Shown here: piece by piece, positions 24,665-42,930 of the stretch
Position numbering within the stretch: position 1 is the first letter of the stretch
Layout of the letters: each line of letters opens with the position of its first letter
Source of the DNA: Hydrurus foetidus
Taxonomy: Eukaryota
NCBI GenBank assembly: GCA_900617105.1
Contig: UYFQ01000449.1
Span: forward strand, 1 to 49,074
DNA: 49,074 nucleotides
Direction: 5' to 3'
Position numbers and translations under genes: made by a program
Notes under the pieces: model-generated
The model's database searches: none
Told to the model about the DNA's origin: nothing
Seen by the model: the letters and a program-made list of their open reading frames with translations, nothing else

Positions 24665-27600
24665 ATGAAAATGGAAGCAGAAGAGCGCATTATTTTCTCG
24701 ACTGATGCTGATGAAGCACATCGTCAGCTGAAAGATGATCTTGAAGATATTACTGCGTTGAACGCCAAAATTCAGCAAGAAAACCGGAATAGAGACCTCC
24801 AGTTGGAGCAATCCGAAGTGCAGCTGAAGAAACTCAAGGACATGCATATCAGCGATATCCAGCAATTAGAAGCGGTGACTTTATCTTTGTCCCTAGGATT
24901 GCCTCCAAAATGATGGTTGTCCTGATCAGTTCTTCATCATTTTTGTCCAGGATTTTGAGCATTTGAAGGATGACCTGGGATTCAAAATGAAAGTCCAGGA
25001 TGAGAGGGTATCGTCCCTTGATTCTAAAAAACACAGGTCTTCTGGAACCACTCAATATCAATGACTTGCTCTCCATATATCAAACCCCGATTCTGTTGGT
25101 CTAGTAATTAGATTCTAACACAGTTTCGTTTAAACTTCTGCAACTTCTTGGCAATTTTTTTCTCAGGCTTCAAATTCTAGAAAGTGAGAACAGTGAGCTT
25201 AAGTGTGAGATTAGATTTACTGATGACCGTCTGAAATTTGAGGGACTTCAACATGGTAAATTGATATGATATTGCCACACAGAAAAACGCACCGACAAAA
25301 ACCAAATTAAGGGAATAATTCAGTCGTTTTACCAATCCTTTTTTTTGCAGCTGAGGTCATTCACAATTTGAATAAGAGGATGCGGGACCTACGCGTCGAA
25401 ATGGAGATGACCCTGAAAACGAAACTCGTAAGGACCTGCATGCCAGCCGATAATCTGATTAATCTGACGAATGAAAAAACACATGATCATATCTACCAAC
25501 CAAATCTGAATCTCACTTTTTTATTTCCGTCATGTTTGATAGACCAAAATGGATCAGAGCTTCCAGCACAAGGCATACTCCTCTCTGAGCGATCACAAGA
25601 AACGAGCACTGCTAAAGAACGCTCGATTGAAGGATGAATGCACTCTCCAAGACTCAGGACTAAGCAATTTGTGGAGCCGTTACAACAACCAGGAAACGGC
25701 TTGTGCTGCAATTCATCTAGAACTGATTGAATTAGAAATGCAGGAGGAGAAGGCTATGGAGAATGTTCAGCATGTGATGAGTGCTAAAGCTGTAACAACA
25801 AGTCTGATCAGGTATGCTGATTTCTCTCAGCCTGACCATTGCTCTATTACTTATCTAACTGTGGTACGTGATAGTGTCTGTTGTCACATAATATATACGT
25901 AATTGGAAATTTTCATCTCCATTCATTTCAATATGATGCAGTGTTACAAAAGAAAAGCAGAGGAAACTTTTGGAAATGAAAAAAGAAATAGATACCGACT
26001 TACTATCCTATCCAATGATAGATAATTTACGATCTGCAATCCTAAAATATGAGAATATGCTAAGTAGTGAAGGTCAGTGTATTCGTGTATGGGAAGAACG
26101 TTTTCGTAGACTGAAGGCTGTAGAAGCCATTCTCTACGAGGCTTGTTCTACTGAGACGGGAAGACATTACAGCACACAGGACTTCCCCCTTGCCCCCCTA
26201 GGGACTGACAGTAAGTATATACGGGGTTCATCTGTAGCGCCTTCTGTGATAGCTACTCCAAGGACTTCTAGCTTGCGCCATGGTTCGTTTAAGAGCTTTA
26301 CAGATGTGCAAGAAGACACCCCCTACAGCACCACTAATGACAGTAGCAACGCGAGTAGCATCCGCGATTCCGTACCTTCCAAAGTTACAGAAATCACAGT
26401 AAAAGAAAATGAAGATCGCACTATAAGGAAGAATAAAAGTAACAATGAAATTAAATCCCTGAGCACTGACACCTTCAACTTCAATCTAAACATGTGTGAC
26501 GTCACAAAGGAAATACCCTATCAAGTCAGCCTCTCTCAGATTGGGATACTGCTTGAATCTGACTGTTCCCTTCGAGCTGCATTTCGCCCCCTAAAGGGGA
26601 GAGAGAATATGCTACTGAATAAACCCAAAATGCGTCAGCAGTTAGAGGGGAGGGAGGATGACGTGTCAGAGTCTGCGGAATATTCTCAGAACATGGTGGC
26701 TTGGGGCGCACTTGAGGTATCATCCAAGTGATGTGATGTGATGTGGTACAGTATCGAGATCAGCATGTCAATTAACATTTCCCCGAGATAAGATGTGATC
26801 GAATGCAGTGCTGTGTTGTGTTGTATGGTGTGGTGTGGTGTGGTGTCATGCTTGTGTGCCCCGTTTCCTACGTGTAGTGTTTCATATATGGCACTTACGA
26901 ATATTGTGATGCGGGCAACGAGATGAGGAAGACTTTAAGATGTCTGCTACGCTTTTCTGTGATGTTATCCGACCTCAATGCGGCACTAATACAGCTAGCT
27001 CTTTTCGTGTAATGACATCTCACCCACATGATGTTGTTCGCGTGTCTATCTTCAGATCCTCCGAATATGGAGGGAGTGCAAGCTACAAGAACAAACATCT
27101 GATACATCAGTCCCATTACTACCCACAAGTGATACAGCTCCAATCACTGCATGTAGTTCCCTTCAGACAAGTATTGCTGTCTCTGCTGAGCAGCAGAGCA
27201 AAAGTCCATTAGACTCTCTTGAAGAAACCTCCGTGTGCACTGCTGAGGGAAATATGAGGCCCAAACCCTTGGGGTACTCAGCTTCAAAAGGGCTAAATGA
27301 TATCTCTGCTGTGAGTCCTCAAAAAAATGTGACCCTCGATAAGAATGGTGATGACGGTGATGGTGATGACGGTGACGATCCCTGGGTGTTGTTCGACCAG
27401 CAAAAACAACAACAACAGCAGTTCGGAATATCAAGTGATGTCACTGCACTGCTCCAGCATCTGAGCGACCACAGTCTAAGCGGCATCGAAACAATGAACC
27501 TCAATCCGTTTAAAAAGGCAGCATTCAGAGACGGAGACAGAGCAACTGCAAACTCTTCGATACTCGACTTAAAACCTTTCATTCGACCCATCAGCTCTGT

Positions 27601-28174
27601 CATGAGTGGGGAGTTGCGCACTCCTATAATCGGCACCCGCAGGTCTTCTGCCAACAGTTCTGGGTTCTCAACGGCTAGATCCAGTGTGAGCGGAACTGGG
27701 GACATAGGTCCAAGAACACAGAACTTGGATCCAAGAGATTCCTATTCGAAGTCAGCATCTGTCACACCAACTAGGACATCGAGAGTACTAGACCAGAGGG
27801 GTCTGACAGCTTTTGATGGGTGTGCACGTGATATGTCAGGCGGCGTGGGAACCAAGAAGAGGTCTTCTAAATCAGCAATGTCTATGAAGAATGATCCGAT
27901 CTTGTCAACAACTGGGAAGAAAGGTAATGCTAACCCTCGTTCTCGTTCCCAACCCTTGACATACCCCGCTATTTCTACTCATCCCACCACTTCTAGAACA
28001 CCTCAACTCCCTGCTTGTCTAACACTGCTCAAACCATCCACCGCGCCATCGGCTGCCTTTCGCGATGTTTTACCGGTGAGAACCGACTCGGCCAATAAGA
28101 TTAAGACGTACCTCAATGACTTGAAATATTCAAGGGACATTTGTGGACTCATCAATAACACCATCGGTAGTTGA
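24665..28174 (+). CDS. Multi-exon coiled-coil protein with a low-complexity C-terminus; exon structure approximate
   Basis: Same-strand ORFs at 24665, 25368, 25549, 25970 and 27233 with E/K/L/Q-rich heptad character, separated by GT...AG segments. Confidence 0.6.
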
Positions 28175-28784
28175 CACTTCGATCATTGATCGTACTTCCC
28201 TTCACATTCCATATCGGAAATCAGTCGTGATAATTCTTCTATTGTCAAGTCCTAGCCTAACTTAGATCAGAGCAGTGTCGCAATCATCTCATTGGAGAGA
28301 GAATAGCAATCCTAACGGACACTACTGCTGTTCAACTATCCCTTCTGTCTGTTTAACCGTTTGCATTCATGAGTTCCTGTATTTGATTCTTCTCAAGATA
28401 ACTTAAATTTTAAAAAATGATGCACCATTTTTTGTTAAGATTTAATTCAATTATAAAATATTGCATCGCATCGCATGGCATGGCATTTATGGTGTCTAAA
28501 TCTATTTGGTTCAGACTGAAAACAAGAAACTTTCGAATGAAAGGAATATTACATCACATTTGTAAGATGTTCCACGGTGAAGTATGAGATGTACACACAC
28601 CTTACGCACACTGTGTGAAGCGGGATAGATTCACTCATTATTCTATCCTATACTGTCAAGGAAGAATGTATCAAGTACGCACAAGAATAAGGCAAGAAAA
28701 GTAAAGTCACGCTTTCAAACATACATAACATTAATGTGCTCTCGATAAATCTAGAGAATATCAGGAACAAAATAAATCATTAGT

Positions 28785-31700
28785 TTAGAGCACCTTATTT
28801 GATAATTGGTGAGGTTGAAGAACGAATCGATCAGAGAGGGCCTTCGAAGTTATCTCTACCTCCATGTTGTGAGCCACTTTTAGTCTAGCTGTTGCAGCGG
28901 TTTCACTTCTATACGTCATGATGCTTTTAGGTAGTGCAGAGCGAGAGATAGCTCCCGGGAAGTTGAGGGAGAGTGAGGATGAACCCATAGACAGGCGGGA
29001 CACGGAAGAGGCAATACTGCTAGAATCGTCCATATCAACGTCCATATCGATATTGCCTTTAGGGACATCAGCTGATGCGAACCTGACTTTCCTCTCTTCA
29101 GTGACACTCCTCTCCCCTTGTTCCAGTCTCTCTCCCAGAGGAGTGCTTCCCCGGAGGTCTTCTAACGGCACTCCCTGTATCAGTCTACGCCGATTATGCT
29201 CAAGCAGTGCAGCAGCCTTGGCCTTGGCTCTCCTGCCCCTCTTCCCGTAATACTTGGGATTCTCTCGGAATGTTCTTGCAGCGGGGAGATCATCTTCATC
29301 ACCATCGCCATCAGCATCTCCCTCCTCTCTATCTTCGATGCTTGAAGTTGCATCAAGAACATCTTTTTGACCACTTTTGACAGGAAACAGAGACATCTTG
29401 CTAAACTTTTGGATGATAACTTTCCTCTTTTCTTCCCAATAGTTAGGTCGAGTTTTCAAATTCACTTTCTTGATTTCTATTGGAGGTTTGCTTGAGTTGA
29501 TTAGGAAGTCGTTCACTTCCTGAAGGGAAGCTCTCTTTCCCGGCTTAGGCGTCATTTGTCGCAGATCGGTTTGAAACCGATCTGTCATAGCGCATGTCTC
29601 GCACTGCCTGTATGGAACGCACACTGTGCAGTTACCAACTAGCACTTCGCCTCTCCCAAACTTGTCGTACTGCAAGGCGTACGTCTCAAACTGTCGAAGT
29701 ATGTCAGCATTGCCAGCATCCGCATATACAGCTCTAGTGTAACATGACTCCAAGTAAGCTGGATCATCTGTTGGCCGTACTACAGCCACGGTTACATCCC
29801 TCCCCGCCACTGCATAGGACACCTTACCCACTCCTGCGCTAGCACGCCGATGGCCGAACACTTCCACTTCTGCGAGACTGAGAAAATTTTTCTCCTCCAG
29901 CTGCACCCGTACATACTGTGCCAGACTGCCGTTGGGGCACTGCCAGACACTCATTCTCTGGTCTCCTGAAAAGCGGGTCTTCGAACTCGCGACCCCCAGA
30001 TTGCGCGTGAGCTGTCCCCCTGAGGGATCGTCCAGATGCTCGAATGGGTCGTTACCCATCATCACCCAGCAGGGGAAAAGGCGGGAGCTGTACAGGTCTG
30101 ACCTTTGGGTCCTGTCCGCAGGGGAGTCTGTTCGATTCCATATCTTGATGCTCTCGATTGTGGAGAGCGTGCCAAGGTCAATTTCAAGCCAAGCCTGCAA
30201 TGTCAAAAGTACACAGAAAAACGTAACAGGGAATCAATTACAAACGTGCAGTGACAACACCAGCAGCAGGTATCAAATATAGAGGATGACAATAAAGTGC
30301 TCCCTCACCTGTCGATCCAGTTGGGTGCACGTAACCTCCTTTAGCCCTACCCCCCCTGTTTTCCCATTGACAGCCAGAGAGGAATCTCTGCTGTTATAAG
30401 TGGAGCTTTGCCTTGTCCTACAGCCCAATCCGATATTGTCGGGCATAGAGTACATGCATCGCACAACAGTCGGTCTGGGTATGAAGAGTATCTTGTCCGA
30501 CTGACCACAGCATCCTGCTTTGTTGTGACCCCAGCAGTACAGCTCGCCCTCTACTGTCACTAATGCACTGTGCTGATAGCCAGCAGAGACCTGCTTCACT
30601 GGTATGTTCTTCAATTCTTCTAAAAGAGTCATGACGTTGTACTGTATGCCCAGTACGTTCCCTGAACCAGTGACATACACCCTTCCGCCACACATCTTCC
30701 TTAACTTAGCCCCATCCTCACCTACCATCTCCTGCGTCAGTGCACTAACCGCGATGGTTGTTGTGTTGCCGCAAGATACACTTCTCATTCTCTCGTGCAG
30801 TAGTGCAGTCACTAGCATTGGTTCATAAACGGTTTCGTTGACACCCTCTCCCAGTCCCAGTCGTCCCCCATCCCCACATCCGAACACATACAGTCGACCC
30901 CTCTCTGTGACGACTGCACTGTGTGCAGCACCGCAAGAGAGCTTGGCTACTCTCTTGTCATCAGCACCCACCATGACTCTAGTGGGCACAGAGCAGTAAC
31001 ACTCAAACCTGCCCACAACATCACCCAATCCGCACTTCCCTGAGACGGCCGACCCCCACATGTAGAGTTCACCACCTGAGAGAACAGCACCAGTGTGAGA
31101 GAACCCACAAGCCACACTGAGTACAGGGCGACCGATGAGTGCTTGGACTAAATGGGGCTTTGTAATGTCACTCTGGGGATCGCCACTTGTGTTGGTTAGA
31201 TTAAGACCCAGTCTACCTGCAGCACCTAGACCCCATGTATACAACTGGCCGCTCTTATGCACGAGACATGCGTGAGACGACCCAGCAGCCACTTGCATCG
31301 CTGCCTCATACCCTCTGGGTGTGGAGATAGTCGGTCCCCTAGGGGTAATTCCGTGCAATTGGATCTCCAGACTATTGTTCCATGGGAGAGGGAGGGGAGC
31401 CATTTGTTCTCTCTTCTCTGCAACCCTCTTCCGCCAGTCCACATAGTCACTTTCTATCGTCACAGCTGCTTTGTTGTTAATGCTGATGTTCTTCGCTAAG
31501 ATTGAGGCGTTGGATTCTGCTTGCATTTCCCTCAAAGGAGCCCACATCACATCGATGAGTTTCAACACAGCTAACGCATCTTTTTTATTGCTCTTCTTAG
31601 ACAGCGATGAGTACATTATCTCGAGTTGTTGCACTTCCCTGTGCCCTCTTGTTCCGAGCATTTTAGTTTCCAGAATAATGTCTTCTGATAATGCAGCAAT

Positions 31701-33680
31701 GAGTTCTGTTTTTGTCATGTAATTGATAACTTTCCCTCGACATATCAGAGAGTTCTTAACATCATCGTATTGGAGCTTTGGCAGTAGAACTCTGTCAAAG
31801 AAATGATTGCGTGTCGCAGCATTTGGGGGTGCCTCGTAAATCCCAAAATATTTCGTGACACTTTTTATGGTTTCGATTCTTTTATCGTCCGTTGAATCTG
31901 TAACGGCAATTTTTTGCAAACTCACTTTTGGAAGGGTGTTATCTCTGACGCCAAGAACGAGTTGGGAACGAGGAGTGACGTCACCTACATGAGAATTAAA
32001 GAAATGTAAAATGACTGCAATTAACCATGATTGAAAGTGAGTATACCATCAAATCGACATAGCGCATACAATATGACAGTGAATACTCAACCATGCTGAC
32101 AGCAAGTATGAAATCAAATTAACAGCATGAAATCTGACGCATCTCATTGATCATTTAGAGTCAAGATAGAAGTCTTCCACAGGAGAATGTTTGGCGGGCG
32201 TAACACTCTAGATATCAACGCATACTATCTACTTCGAAACTGTACAAGTATCGATCATTTATGAATCATACCTTTCCACTTCGTGTGATAAATAGAGTCC
32301 TCTTGTATCGCATCCCACCATTGGTTCTGCCCACCCCAGCAAAAACATTCCCCTGTATCCGCCAACGCAAGAACCACACTATCGCTCAATGCGATGTGAT
32401 GAATCCTCCGACCCCACAGTGCTGCAGTGTTACGCGATGTGCGCAGGCTGTGAAATAAACTACCCAAAGCTTCATCATACGGATCGATTAGTACTTCGCA
32501 TTTCCTCTTTGCATTAAAGATTTCCATTTGCATTTCAATACCGGAAGAATTGCTCTGCATGATGCTTTTCTTTGCATTATCTCTCTTCAACTCTGCTTCT
32601 TGTTTTCTGCGGTCAGATTTATATGTATTCACAACTTCCAAAGGACAGACTCTATCATTCCAAATCTCACTTATTCTGTCAAGGCGCTCGAATTTAAATT
32701 TCGAAGTCTTCACCTCTTCCGCAGAAGTTGCATCAAATTGATTATCTGTACCCTTGCCAAAGACATAAACATGGCCAGCAGCATCCAGAGCATTGCGCAG
32801 CTCTCTGTATGACCGAAAATTGGCCTCCTGAAGAAAGCGCTTTTTATCTCTCACCAGTGACGTCCAGAGTTTCTGTCGCTCTGCTTCTGCCACAGCCCTT
32901 CTTTCTCTCATTTCTTCGTCAACCAAAATGCTGAGAAGCTGTTTATGCATTGCCTTCTTAGGAGCGATAGCTGGCAAGTCGATACCTCTGTCTTCAAGTT
33001 CTTTCCTGACGTCACAATGCTCTATAAACAGTGTTCGGAATTCATGCCAGTCTATAGAACCTGTGCCATTATAGTCAACTGTCTCAAAAGATATCTCATG
33101 CTCAGCATCCTTCATGGTGTAGCCAAGATATTGCATCGCAAAATAGAATTCGTCCTCGTCAATAAATCCCGACTTATCCTCATCGAATGTCTCAAATGCG
33201 TCTAGAGGGGTAACCTCACTCGATGGTGTGAAACCCGATGAGTTCCCGTTTGTCTAGAGGAGTGAGTGTTCATGAAACAGTTAGTGATGGATCATAGAGG
33301 GCGAGTCAAGCAATCGATTTTCAGTCACTGCTAAAAGACAATAAACCAACCGGATCGCATGCAAAGAGGGCAGTTTTGAATTCGTCAATATCTATTGCGT
33401 TATTCGTACTAGAGTCGGACATCTTGAAATATCGCAGCGCCTTCGCGTCGCTGATTCTGATTGCTAAATAGGGGAGAACTCCCCGAAATTCCTCAAATGT
33501 TAGGAGTCCATCATTATTGCCATCAAATGCTAAAAAAGCTTCCTCGGTAGTCATACTCCTGAGGCGCTCCTTAATCAGCTCTTTCTTTGCTGCTGATAAC
33601 GATGGATGAGGAAGCATCATCGCTTCTGCCCTTGTGACAATCAGACTACTTCCTTGAGCGCCTCTTGACACTGGCGCCAT
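28785..33680 (-). CDS. EF-hand + RCC1 repeat + F5/8-type-C (fucolectin-like) domain protein, 4 exons
   Basis: Exons 33680-33351, 33253-32272, 31984-30309 and 30194-28785. EF-hands DGNNDGLLTFEE, DEDKSGFIDEDE, DYNGTGSIDWHE; RCC1 repeats VAAGSSH..GQLYTWG..GRLG; F5/8-like RQSST, WLEIDLG, IWNRTD, LSLAEVEVF. Confidence 0.88.
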
Positions 33681-34035
33681 ACCCGAGGTGCTATCTGTAA
33701 CGCACCTCGTGCAGAATTAATATTGATCGAGGCGCCAGCTACGTTAGATTTAAAATTTCCCAGGTGTCACTTCCTCTACGCGGCATACATCTGCCCAGAT
33801 TAAAAACTTGAGATTGAAACGTCAGCTTGTGCAGCGAAGATTGCATGCTGGTATCGAGCAGTGCAGTTTGCAGTGTCAAAACTGAACACGGAGTCATATT
33901 TATTATCTACATGTGTGAGATGTGAGATCGAGATGTGATCTGTGATCTGGGATCTGCTGGGGGATCGATCTGTGACGGTGTCACGTACAGCGCGTACAGC
34001 ACAGACGTACTAGGCGCGTACGTCTTGTTATTTAA

Positions 34036-36612
34036 GAGTCGCCGGCCCCAACCGCTGTGTTTTTCTTGGGCGGGTAAAAAACCCGCAAATTTTTGATTCT
34101 ACACTGAAATTTTGATTTGCGAAACAGGCGCGAATTCGGTGTTTCTCACTGAGAAAATTTTACACATTTGTAGCCCTTGAAAATCTCTTTCGGACGACCC
34201 TCTGTCAACTGTAATCTGAGTTCGGCAAGATTTTCAAATTTCAAAAAGAATTAATCTTCGGAAATGCTTTCGCAATTAGAGCAGGCAAATAGACGTCGAC
34301 TTATCACTGACATAGATGTATCCTACAGAGCAGTACTGCAGCTCTTAGAATCTTTTTTCCGATTTGCAATCACTGTAGAATTGCGATTTGGGCAGAAATC
34401 TAAATGTCCAGCTTCACTGTGAGGGATGGATACTGGCAAATTAGAGCTAGAGTTCACCCAGAGAGGGGAATGCACTGTTACCCGAAAACAGGTTTCCTTT
34501 GGCAATCTGAAGAGGCTGCAAGGAAAGACCTACCCCTCTTCGTCTGGTACAAAAGTTCAAGAAAGACAGGAGACATGAGAGTTCCTCCGATTAAGGATGG
34601 GCGAAAATGGTTCACTGATGCAGCTCCGGATGATAGCTGGACAGAAATCAGGGAAAGGTTGACAATCAGCAACAACCCAATAAGTAAAAAAAGAAGTTTC
34701 AGACATGTAGATCTTGATTCTTACTCGCTAAAGAGGAAAAAGGCGAAGGCAGCACTCGAGAAAGCTGATAGAGACTCTGAGCAAGAAAACGCCTTAAAAA
34801 ACAATCTGGTCATAGTAGAGGCGGTCCAGGAAGTGCAAAAGAGGCCGTCATCTAGTATCGAAAGGTTTCTTGTCGAGTCTGACGTCGCAGCCATGCGCAA
34901 GCCCTTTACGACATTGTCTCACCGTCGTCAGTTAGGTCTTACGAAGACACTACGAAGCGTAGTAGATACAATATGGCCAATAATCGCGCCGGGTCAGGAC
35001 AACCTTCAAAAGGAATCTTGGATCGGCGCAACCTACTCCTTCATAGATGATGGCATCCGCAGTAACGTTAGAAAAGTCTATGACTGCGCTGTTAAGCACC
35101 AACTAGTACACTATCTATCAATGATAAACGGATTTCCGGCCAACGCTGAAGTCATCGCGAGCTTGATCCTAGGGCTAAATTTGGAGCTATCCTGCATAAA
35201 ACAAAAAGATTTTGTGGAGAAATTAAAGAGTCTAGGTACTTTTGCTCCATTATTGAAGCGACAAATACTTGGGGCATGCAAAGAGGTAGGCAAAGTTAGC
35301 GTAATAACACCAATGCCAACATGTCAATCATCAAGCGAGGAAGTAGATGATGAGATAGCGCAAGATTTGTATGATATCGAACATAACAATGATGACCTTG
35401 ACACTGAAGAAGTTAGTGACTCCAACAATGGCGAAGTTCACGAAGCAGAAAATGATATGGTGTAAATGACTTACTAAAAGTGCGTAGCAGTAAATTCACT
35501 CTATAATATTGAATGATGTTCACGTAGAATTTTTTTTTAATTTTTCGTTAATTTTATCTGTAAGATATGTACGGTGTAGTACAGAGTGCAGTTTCGAGTA
35601 ATGTTTGCAAGAAATAGTTTCTCTTACATTGTTTTTCAATCGCCATAAGGAAAATTTTGAAGCTTGTTTATTGATGACTAATACTTTCTTAATTAAATCC
35701 ATGCATGGTATGAAGAAATTCGAGCTCGCTGGGTGCTGTACTGTTGATACCATGCCCAAGAAAGATCGTCAAAATTGACGTCCCTCAAAATGTCAAGGTC
35801 CCATCACCCATGGTCGTCAAATCAGAGCACTCTCAACATAGGAATCAGCGTTTGCCAACTTTGCCGCCCATGAAATCTTCCTCCAGGCGTTCGCCAAAAG
35901 ATGGCAGGGCCCATAATTGCAGAATCTTGACCGACACTGGTGGTGATTATGATAGCAGAGTAGTTGGCATGGCCAAAATTAGTGAAATCATCATCAGAGA
36001 GATCTAGTCAAGCGAGATTTCAATTGCTGGTGCCTCCGCTACCTCAGTAACAATGCTTTCGAAGGGATTTCCTCGGATTTTGAGGAGCAACTTTTACGAC
36101 GCTCTACAGAAATCGACAAGAAGAATGAGTCAAATTCAATAGTTCCTGTTGAGCACATCTGTTACAACACTCACAAATGGTTGATGGGGCGCTGATTTGA
36201 CTACCATCTGGCTTGAATTGATGATTTCGGAGACAGATCAAAAAATGACTCTTCGGCAGCCTTCGTCGATTGCCGTTTTCAGTCAATTCTCAACGCAAAT
36301 TCACCATCTAGAAGACGTGGGCGATGGCTCGAGGCCGAGAGGATCTCCAGTGGACACATCAGTCCCAGGAGAAAATTCATTGTAATGTTTGTAGGACTGC
36401 TTCGATGTAACGTGGAGAGTAGTTTACAGCTCGAATTGAAAGCTCCATCGAGTAAAAATTCAGAATCTTGGAAGGACGACCAGATTTTAAGATTGAAATG
36501 AGCGTGACTTCTCTTCTAAAATAATCTTGAATTCCGGATCTGGGATCCAAGTTTTTTTTTCTACGCACACTTTTTTGTATGTAACAAACACAGCGGTTGG
36601 GGCCGACGACTC
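34036..36612 (+). mobile_element. Sola3-like DNA transposon, internally deleted (2577 bp)
   Basis: 27-bp TIRs GAGTCG(C/T)CGGCCCCAACCGCTGTGTTT with 1 mismatch, GAG...CTC termini and TTAA on both sides (34032-34035, 36613-36616). This matches the published Sola3 signature; Kolobok (TTAA, RR termini) is the alternative. Confidence 0.8.
34404..35465 (+). CDS. 353-aa ORF inside the TTAA element; probably a transposase remnant without a recognisable catalytic core
   Basis: Only long ORF in the element. RKPFTTLSHRRQ...VVDTIWPIIAPGQ recalls Sola3 transposase N-terminal regions (from memory, unverified). Acidic tail. Confidence 0.55.
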   Translation: MSSFTVRDGYWQIRARVHPERGMHCYPKTGFLWQSEEAARKDLPLFVWYKSSRKTGDMRVPPIKDGRKWFTDAAPDDSWTEIRERLTISNNPISKKRSFRHVDLDSYSLKRKKAKAALEKADRDSEQENALKNNLVIVEAVQEVQKRPSSSIERFLVESDVAAMRKPFTTLSHRRQLGLTKTLRSVVDTIWPIIAPGQDNLQKESWIGATYSFIDDGIRSNVRKVYDCAVKHQLVHYLSMINGFPANAEVIASLILGLNLELSCIKQKDFVEKLKSLGTFAPLLKRQILGACKEVGKVSVITPMPTCQSSSEEVDDEIAQDLYDIEHNNDDLDTEEVSDSNNGEVHEAENDMV

Positions 36613-36923
36613 TTAATTAAAAAACTGATTTATGCTTTTTTATATAAAAAAACAACAACTTCTTTTAATTTGAAATCAGTTGTTTGTTTGATCTGAAGAA
36701 TTCCGCTGCTCTCCGCTACCCTCCTCTCTGCTCAAATTCGAAATCAACTCGCGCGCTGGTAAGTTCTGGAAAAGAGAGCCACTAGCTGTTGTTCACAGCG
36801 TTAATAGTCGCAATGAGCGCTCTAGGGAAGTTCTGGGTCGGGAGTGTCGTGAATCGGATTGTAGCATGTGACGAAGATGAAAGTGTAGGTTCTTCTTGAG
36901 TTTGACTGAAACCAGAGGTGAAG

Positions 36924-42523
<5,600 letters not shown>

Positions 42524-42930
42524 GACTATATTCCCAGAAAAAAATTCTTAGAATGGTACTAAGTAGGGCCTTAGAATCTTGTTGCTCAGATTAGGTCTTG
42601 ATAAAATACTTTCTATCCCTATAGTTGCATCCCACCACTTTCTCGACTTCTTCATTTTATGCTGGTGTTACTTAGGCTGTCATTGCAGCCCACATACTGT
42701 CTCACACTCAGTCATTGAGTTCACTCGCAGACAACGCATACTGTGCATTTTGTGCAATAGTAGATCTTAATCTTGCTGTACTTCCATGGCATTGGCATCG
42801 ATCCGCACCATTGTTGTTAGCAAAGAGCACACGCTCATTCCATGAAGTATCCAAACCATTGGTTTTTACCGCGATTAAATTTTTTTGGACTGTTTTTATG
42901 GGTATAACCAAAGACTGTTTGCGTGTTTTG

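Noticed and set aside
35520..36568. Second minus-strand gene (KolX-like) in the TTAA element
   Set aside because: Only short disconnected ORFs, with no convincing splice path or motif.
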